In this document: positions 54,961-64,000 of the stretch, one piece after another
Numbering within the stretch: position 1 is the stretch's first letter
How the letters are laid out: every line of letters begins with the position of its first letter
NCBI RefSeq assembly: GCF_000143415.4
Contig: NW_003314277.1
Span: 1,074,868 to 1,138,867, forward strand
Direction of reading: 5' to 3'
Length of the DNA stretch: 64,000 nt
Source: Selaginella moellendorffii
Lineage: Eukaryota > Plantae > Lycopodiophyta
The notes under the pieces: model-generated
The model's input: only the letters and a program-made list of their open reading frames with translations
What the model was told of the DNA's origin: nothing
Database searches by the model: none
Made by a program: the position numbers and the translations under genes

Positions 54961-57900
54961 GATGATTGATCTCAGAATTGTGATATCAGATTCTAAACTA
55001 TGATCTAGATCTCCAACTTCGTGGTTTGGGGAATTTATAGCACCGAGATATTGGAAGGGACAAAGGCTAAATAATCGTCTTCACTCGGCTTTGACGTCTT
55101 ACCACTTTGTTGCTCTTGATATAGTCAAGAACCTGTGGAATCTTCAGACCCCGGAAGCTGCTGTTTCTTACTTATTTATGATTTATATATATAAAGTGAT
55201 AGTGGGGGAGGCTTGCTGGCCGTTGGATCCCAGGCCCGGCATGGTTGTGGGAAAAATCATGTTGATGTTTGGATGGCCAATCAATAAGGGGCATGCTGTC
55301 TGGAAGAGAAGAAACTCATCGGGTGTTGTGGGTAAAAGCTATGGATTAAAGAAAACACGCGTTAGTCCAAGAATCACATTGCACCCAGGACAGGAGAAAT
55401 TTGCCCACTTGTTTGTGACATTGCTGCCTCTTGCAGATCCCAACATGAGATACTCTTCCAATTTCCAAATTCACCAAAGTCCCACAAAATATCAGGGGCA
55501 CTACTACAAAGATTGGCAGTGTTTCTTCCAGCCCTATGCATTCAAAAACTTTAAAACCATCTTGCTCTCCCCTGTCTCAACATATCCCAATATGTTATGA
55601 TGCTTCCTCTGGTTAAACACTACTCAAGCATCTAACATGCTCTTACAATTTGTGTAAGTGTTAAGCAGGGTGTTGGAGATCGAGTGGCAGCAAGTTCTAA
55701 GCCACAATGCTCCTGGCTGCCAGGGAATTAAATATATGCTGGCTTTCTTAAATGTGGAGTCACAGCTTATAAGCTCACTTTCTTAAAGTGAGCTAACATT
55801 GAAAACAGCTCTAACATTGCATCTGAGTTTATGGCTTCATTGTTGCTGCTTGCTCAGCTCGCAGCTTTGTTAGCACATGATGACGGCAGAGAACAGATTT
55901 GTGGAAAATCTGGTGCTACTCTAGAGGCTCTTGACAGGATGGAGGATCAAATGTTTTTCTTCTGCCTAGGATACAGCTAGTATGTTTAGAGCAAGCTGTT
56001 TAGCAATCGTCAAATCAGCATTGACATTGCTACCAGCAATAGACATAGCTACATGGCAACAGTAGGTATGAGCAAGAGCCAAAGGTATGTGTTATTTTCT
56101 TCTCCCTACCAAAGCAATTTTACATTAATTTCTAACTATGATAGGTTGTCCAAGAGAACTTCAACTTCAAGAGTATAGAAAAGGTATGTAAACTTTTTTT
56201 GCACCACTTGGGCTAAAAGTTTCTTTCTTCTAGATTTTGAGAGCTTGGAATCATGATGGTGAAGGATGGACATTGAGAGGAGGAGAGATATGTTAAACAA
56301 TAAACTTTGTCAACTGGCCAGCATTTGCTGGGCGATTTCTAGTAAGGATATGAAGTTGGAAACATGGTCAGCTTGTTAGTTAGTGAAAACTAAGTTTATA
56401 CCTCCAAGATAAATCCACAAACGTGATACTGAGCCTCCAACTCCCCTCCAGCTCCACCATCTCTTACACATGTCTCAACACTGTTATCAGCCACACATCT
56501 ACCACCAGCTCACCAAAGAAGGTGAGGATAGGTTGTGCCAGGCTGTTCTAAGTTGATCAAGATGGGATCACTATGTTTCTTTATTTGGTTGCAAAGATTT
56601 CCCCATCTAGTAACTCATAGTCATGTAAGATTCCCTCTCCAAAAGAAGATGGCAAGCCTCTTCTATTGGCTACTCCAACTTGTTAGAGACGTCCTCCAAC
56701 AGGTGCTCATGCTTGAGATCACTGTGTTTCTATAGTCAGTTTCAAATAGGACATGGTGTCAATGGCCAATTGCAAGCCAAAAATTTCCTCATGAAGATTT
56801 TCTTTCTAAAGAAGATGAAATTTTTTTCTTAAGACAAAACACTTAGAATTGTTCAAGGGGTGAGGTAACCTCCAAGCTTGAGATTCTTGTATAATGATGT
56901 CTGTTTTGTTACATTTCTGCCATGCTTCACATCCACGTTCTGACCTCTTACTACAATGATATTTACATCTCTTGAAACTTTGGCTACAGATCTAGATAAA
57001 TCTTATAATATTTTTGAAACTGAAAACATTCATATATGATTATAATAAAATTAAGAATATCATGAATCATAAACTAAATGCTATAAATATTATTATTTAA
57101 AACTTCAAATACATGGAAATAATGTGATATATTCAAATGATAATATTGTTTGGTCATCATTCAATATATATTGTAAAAATTGTCTTGTATCATAATTTTT
57201 AATGACTGCAATTTGCTACCTTTTCAAATAAATCAGAAAGTACAGATGTCATTAATAGTTTATTTTAAAATAAACTAAGTTTTAAAATGATTTTGTATTA
57301 TCAATCTGATTTTTTCAAAGGCATATCAAAGTTGAGACTAGATATTACATGTGATGAAGGAGCCAGCTAAGTGATAAGTTTAATGATGATAACAAATATA
57401 TGATTTATATAAGATATAGAAATCATTAAATAATTTTCTTTAAGCTGGAGCATTAACTAACAACTTTTGCCAAACCATCACAATTGCAAAGGAGTGAGTG
57501 AACATTAGGAAAATCTTGTTTGGTAATAAGCTACAGAACAAAATACTAATCATTTTCTCATGTTAATAAAAACACTTATTCTTGATGTTCTCCTTTTGAT
57601 TGTCTTGCTTATATTATTTTTTTGATTGTCTTGCTCAACTCTCCACTTTGAAGTGAAAGATACAAAGAAGTATTTTGGTAATGAAATTCCATTATCATCT
57701 TGATATCTATACCTGCATGTATCCTTCCATGATTTTTTTACCAAATAAGTAAAATGATAAAAATAAAAACCAGGAAAATAATTTATGTTAATTTTTTAAT
57801 ACTAAGTGAACATTTTTATGTAATCCACTTCTAATTACAAACCATTCCTCTCTTAAAATTTACTAAATTTCCAAGCACAAGTAAAAGCAACCAACTTCAT

Positions 57901-58643
57901 CCACTAAACCAACATCACCCATGTCATACCACATAGCACACATATTTTATCTAAGCCTGTGTAACTTAATCTTGGGGACAGTCCAAATGTTAACTAAATA
58001 TCCCTGTAAACATTAGGTTAATATAAGAATACAGTTAATATTCAGTCATGTAAAATATGGGTATTATATGATAAGCATGACATGGGCATTAGATAGGTAT
58101 ATTCATTTTCCTTCAATTTGACATTATCTATGCTCAAAACCGGAAAAGAGCATTTTGGGAGTGGGAGGGTAGTGAGAGGGACAAAGTTGAAATGGAACAT
58201 GAGTCTATAACTATTGTAGTCCAAATACTTGAGGTCGTTGATGAGGAATTTGATGAACTTAGGGAGGTATATGTTCTATCATTCCTAGACATATGTTGCT
58301 ATAGCTATAGTAACGGTTTTCATGTCCATTTGTCTTCTTCTTTGTCTACACTTCTAAAAAAGGTCACAAAGCACATTTCTTTGCAATTTTTTCCTTGTCT
58401 CCTCTTTTGGTAATTGTGTCAAGCCAAGTTGCTAGCAAAACAATCAACTGGTACCAAATATTTGAGATCATTGCTTGAGATGAGGGGTTCTTGTTATTGA
58501 CGACTTGGTGCAATGAACCTTTCAGATCCCTACAAAAGTACATCTCCTTAAGATATAAAAGAGCTCATGGAGATGGTGTAATATGAATGGTTAAGTTAAT
58601 CAAAATGTAGGTTCTCATTATATCTTCATTTCTATAAGTCTAT

Positions 58644-59254
58644 TTGCCTTTCCTTGGAGGAAGTTGCCCCAAAGTGCTGATTTATAAATTATTGTTGCAT
58701 TGCCTTGAGAAGATTACCTAAGAATCACTATGTTCCCACACCTTTTGTGTTGCCAAATATTTGCATAAGATGTGTCTCTATTGCGCTATAGACCTTGCAT
58801 GCTATGTCTGGGCAATGAATTGCTACTAGTGAGAGAAGGCACTCCTTTTGGGTGAGCCACATGAAGTATCAGATCTTGGTCAACCAAATTTTATTCACAC
58901 ATTAAGGGTAATTTTGGGAGTGGATATATTGAGCTCTTGCTATCTAGGTGTTTTGCCTTTCCTTGGAGGAAGTTGCCCAAAAGTGCTGATTCATAAATTA
59001 TTGTTGCACTGCCTTGAGAGGATTGCCTAAGAATTACTATAGAAACTTCCCATACCTCTTGTGTTGCCAAACATTCCCATAAGATGTGTCTCTATTGCCC
59101 TGTAGACCTTGCATGCTATGTCTGAGAGATGAATTGCCACCAATGAGAGAAGGCACTCTTATTGGGTGAGCCACATGAAGCATCATGTCTTGGTCAACCA
59201 AAGTTTATTCACACATTAAGGGTAGTTTTGGGAGTGGATATATTGAGCTCTTGC
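58644..59254. repeat. Tandem duplication of a ~310-bp unit
   Basis: ttgcctttccttggaggaagttgccc...gtggatatattgagctcttgc occurs at ~58644-58940 and ~58953-59254. Confidence 0.85.
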
Positions 59255-62200
59255 TTTTTTGATGAATGTGGAATAGATTGGAATATAGATCAGTTTTTGT
59301 CTGAGCTTTATCTCATATTGGAAGAAATCTTTACATGTATTACCCCTCCATTGCCACTTCATTAGGTCCTATTTTAGTTTATCTAGTGTCTATTGTCAAA
59401 ATCAATGAAGGCAAGCATATCGTTTCTTTAGTACAAGTGGATCTACACTTGCCATCTTCTTTTTAATTTAGATAACATGGATTAACTTGTCACGATATAG
59501 ATTTGAGAATTTAGAACACTACCATGTGGCACACTTTTTGGTCTACTTTGGGGTTTAGGGATTTGTGTTTCACAACTCCACCACCCATAGATGAAGTTCA
59601 ATATCCTCATCGAATGATAAACCATTTTATAAAGTAACCCTAGCATGGATTACCCTTTTCATCCTAATATTCGTTAATGATTTAACATCGAAGGCTCACC
59701 ATGCCTTACCCATCCTTTAAGGAGTATAGTCTTTCCAACTTAGAGATTCATTAAACTATTTATGGTGGTCATTCCCCTTTTGTTCATTTAGTTCATGCTA
59801 AATTTATTAGAGACATCTTTTTTATTTCAATTTTATTACTCATTTAGGAGTAGTCTCGGCCTCTCCTAACATAACTATCGCACTTTGGAACTTTAATATT
59901 AACATTTTGAATTAATTTCCTAGGTGTGTCCGACACCTTGCATTACACTAGTTATGCAAACCTCACTTCCCCATTTTAGGAAATTCTTTACTAGAGGGCA
60001 CCATCATCCTTTCTTTTATTTTATACCACTCTTAACATTAAGTTTCATTTATCTATAATTCGTGCTAAGGTTATCCATGGCTCTATCATCTGGCTACTTT
60101 ACCACTCTATATCTTTTGAAGCTTATACCTTCACTAAATTGGGGATCTATATTTGGAAATATATTTTCTTTCCCATAATCCATTAGTATCCACTATATGG
60201 GTGTTCCTCACCTAATTTGTCATTTGGATTCCTTTCAATAATTTTCATGGCCCATTCTTGGCCATTAATTTTTTGTTCCTATCTTTTGATTGTTACCAAT
60301 CAATATAAGATCACTATCTCCATCTTTGAGATATCATTTTGGTTCCATAGTAAAGGCTTTACTTTTGCCAAATCTAGAGAGTGTTTACCCTTAGTAAGTA
60401 TTTATAGTATTTTTTGTTATGGGCTTTATCTATGGCCTAGCTTTATGACCTTCCTATAGGTCTTTTCTAAAGATTATTTTTTTGGACTCACTATGCCATT
60501 GGATTGACATAACTAATTTCCCTTAGGTGTCCTTCCTATTTGGTCATCTTGACCAATTCACACCATTATTAATAGTTCAAATCATTAAAACTTTATTCCT
60601 TAACCTCATAAGGACCTTCTCGTTATTTAACCATAAGATCACCTAGTGATCTAACTTTGACACCTTAATAAGTTTACTAATAGATATTAAGTCTTCTAGA
60701 CCTTTAAGTTGTTGATTATGACCTCAGGGGCATTCCCCACACTTAGCAGTGCACCCAAGCCAACCTTTCCGGCCAAGGGTTCATAACAACTAAGATTAAG
60801 TGTCCCGATCTCATTCACTATGTCCTTGATGCCACTTGCATCAAAGTGTCAAGTTAAATATGTTGAGCTTTCATAGTAAGCAATTTAACTGTACATCACG
60901 ACTCCGGGGCATCCCCCAATTGGTGGTGTGCTCAAGTTAGTCTCCTTATTGAGAGTCTATAACTACTGAAAAATGAATGTCCTTATATTCAAAACCATCA
61001 TCAAACTTTAGTGAGTTGGGACTTGAACCTAAGCATTAAAGGGTTGAGATTCGAACCCAACCTCCATATATACATCTACAGACGGCATTATTTAGGATGC
61101 CTGACATAACTCCCTATGCTAGTGCACCCCACTTTAGGGTTTAGAGCGCAATATATAGTAGAGATAGTGAGTAGGTTAGGCATGGCTATAGCTCAACTTA
61201 TGTTAATAGCTTGGTTCCTTGTGGGTTTACCTATTAATGTTTTAGAAAAGGGTTATACCATTTATTTACTATAGCTTATTAGTTGATTTGTTAGCACTTG
61301 GAGTTAACACCAACATTTGCAAAAATTCAAAATTAGCACTCTAGACTCAATCACAAAAACCATATCTTTAAATATCTATATTGCACTAACATTCTTCTTC
61401 AATCACCTTCAAAATCAAATATTAAACTAAAATGCTAATAGAAAAAATGATATAAAATCAAATTTGAAGAACAACTCCTCAATCACTTGATATAACAATG
61501 CCACTTCCACTAACACGAATGTTAACAATACTAATGTCTCAACTACACACTTTTTTTATTTACCAATCTAATATTGAATATATAGGCATGATGTTCGATG
61601 TTAAGGCAGATTATTGGATCATGAAAATTTGTGTTAATGTGAACCCCTGCAAAGTTGTAGGTAATAGAAATTTAGTTGAGTTTTGAGAATTTACAATCCT
61701 AAATTGAGAGTCATTTTTTTCTAGGATAGGAAATTTTCCATAAAATTTCTTAGACTTTTTTAATGGCTAATCTATTAATCATTTTGCTTGAAAACCATTC
61801 TGTTTTTGTGAGCTATTACAAGTTAGTGAAAAGGTTAAAGTTGACTTTAATTAGATTAAACCTTAGTAGGGTTTGTATGATGTAACTCGGAAGGGATGTT
61901 GGGCTAAAACAATTGAGTTGAATAGAATTTAAAGTTGGTGTAAGAAAGTGATTATTGCACTTTATTAAAAAGTGAACCTTGTGCCTTTCTTTTGTAACAT
62001 TGGTAGGTTACACCTTGCATTTCATTAGTCTTTATAAATATAGGGAGCTTTCACTCATTTTTAGTTATTTGTAGTTGAAATGTTAGTACTTGCATTGTAG
62101 CCTTATCTATTAGGAGGTTATGCTCCATCTCATAGTCTTTAATTTAATTTTGGGTAGGTGTTGATTATACATAGCTAGTTTTTTCAGTTATGCTCTAAAC

Positions 62201-64000
62201 TATTGGCTAAACATGTTAGTAAATTTATTGCTATATGATTGGATTCGAGTACTCATTTTATCTATGATCCTTTATGTTATCTTTTTGTTGGACAAATATA
62301 TAACTCAATAACATGAATTTAGTGTTTGTGTCTTGTGAAGGCAAATTGAAGAGTGATTGTTGATTGCTTTGCAACTAATGTTTACTTGTAAATTTCTTCG
62401 AAGATTATTGACATTTGTTTTGCTCGATAAAGATTTAGCAAGGATGAAATTGTTTTACCGAATAGTGTTATAAAGGATCATGTCATTAAACTTATATGGT
62501 TTTTCCATATTGGTATGTCAATTCTATTTTTGTTGATATTTTTTAGTTATGTTTAGTCTGTAGTGTTGAATTGTATTGAGTCTTGGATGTGGCAATTTAT
62601 TCCATAATGACGTGTTATCTATATTTGAGTATTGTTGAATGATTGGTTTGGATACTAAATATAATATCTTTAACTTTGCTAAAGAACTTTAAATGGTGAT
62701 TTACTCTTGCTTTCTACTAGCTTTATTGATGATGAAGTGATGTCTTGACATTAATATTATTAGAATTAAGAGTGAAATGAGATGATTTGTTGTCTCTATA
62801 GGCATATTAAGGAAGTTAAATTTTCCTTGTGGTGGTTCAAATGTTTTATGAATAATTGGGCTCAATAGAGATTAATATTTCATTTTATTAATCTCAATAA
62901 GTGTTGATAGTTAGTTGTACCTTTGTGTCATTGGCATTTATGCAGTTTGTTGGTTAGAAACTCTGTTGTCAAATAAATTGAGTGGTAAGTTGAGTTAATT
63001 TTATTGTAAACAAGATTGTTTAGTAGAGGTTGAATTTTAATTTTTTTTTAAAACAGGATTTAGTCCTAAACTATGCTAGCTTTGCTAAAGAAAGAGTTGA
63101 TGATCGATATTGAAATTATGTTAGTACTAAATTGAGATTATATCGATTATTAATGATTTTTATTACGCTTGTTATGACGTTTACATCTTACTATAAATGG
63201 TGGATTCACAAAGGATAAGTTTGGTGGTCACTTGTTGAGTATAACTTTATTGTGTTTGGTTTTTAGATTTATGCAAAAATATTCTTTATTAGCTTTTGTA
63301 TTATAAAGTTTACCTTATCGATATTTTAAGGAAGGATATTGTGGATTGTACAATGATTTTTTTGATTAAAGTTGATTTATATGAGATATTAGGTGAGACT
63401 TAATTATAAACTTCTTTAAGTTTTTGGTTTTTTTTGAGTTTTAATACCCATTATTCAATTTATTAAGAGTTGTTATGGAAGGTATTTTAGTTTATTAGCT
63501 TCAATGTTAAAGCTAGCTTCCACATCTAGCAATCATTAGTGATAATTGACTGTTATCTAGGATAGTTGATTATATTTGTAAAAGGTTTTACTAATTTATT
63601 ATTGATGTTGAATGATTTACCTTTTTTTATGATGGTAGATTATTTCTTTGATGATGATTTTACATCTCTTTATTGATGGGATGATTGATGATCTTTTATA
63701 ATGGTTAATTATTCTTTTTGATGGCTTTTGGCTTAGCATATTATCATATATTTTTTGTGGCTTGCTCTAAATTGGTCTCTTGGGTTTAAGATATTAATAA
63801 GATGTTACTAATACTTGTTTAAATAATTTAAGTTCTTTAGTATTCCTATAACTTTAAAATATAATGATCTTGGTGGTTTCTATACTCTTGTTTTATCAGA
63901 TAATAACCCTATGGACTCGAAGTTCCCTCGGTAAAACGACCGCGTGCGCTGCCGTCCTGGGGGTGGGTTTGTGCGCCCTTTTTTTTTTTTTTTTTCTTTT

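Noticed and set aside
37064-55003. Antisense and alternative-frame ORFs over the peptide genes (QYQYQ, VPVPV, TGTGT repeats) and the 198-aa extension at 43574
   Set aside because: These are shadows of the tggtactggtac repeats. Only the MAS-initiated frame has a signal peptide, a TATA box and conservation across copies.
55091-55600. 169-aa ORF
   Set aside because: Non-ATG start, no recognisable motif, and it overlaps the promoter region of the 54960 peptide gene.
59400-64000. Decayed retroelement-like sequence, including a faint RT-like GKL.VIVDC near 62340 and a GC-rich end before a poly-T at 63910-64000
   Set aside because: No continuous frame or verifiable termini. It needs a BLASTX/Repbase search and the next window.

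Overview
Eukaryotic land-plant nuclear DNA, most likely a lycophyte such as Selaginella (inferred from 50-70 bp introns, very short intergenic spaces, a CEP120 centriole gene and telo-boxes). 1-5.2 kb is a decayed Ty3/gypsy LTR retrotransposon nested in other LTR sequence. 5.2-9.8 kb is AT-rich and holds a trihelix-type relic and an unusual AT-rich GNA/bulb-lectin gene split by one stop codon. 9.8-36.7 kb is a dense gene block: PPR, MFAP1, UBA5, MYB3R, CEP120, an RRM-CCHC gene and its pseudogene, PAI, epsin, an unknown gene and Sec24. 37-55 kb holds the most striking feature, an array of 11 intronless genes and pseudogenes (five A-B pairs plus one inverted copy). They encode secreted, cationic, Cys/Trp-rich peptides built from 14-aa repeats C-x3-W-x-W-x4-C-x2 in variable copy number. 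The B-type promoters share an inverted W-box pair. The array arose by tandem duplications that also copied pieces of the neighbouring Sec24, tRNA-Met and pectin methylesterase genes. An intron-containing tRNA-Met, a PME and a GH9 endoglucanase lie within or beside the array. 55-64 kb is AT-rich decayed repeat sequence. Multi-exon genes are given as start-to-stop spans, read by eye without tools.
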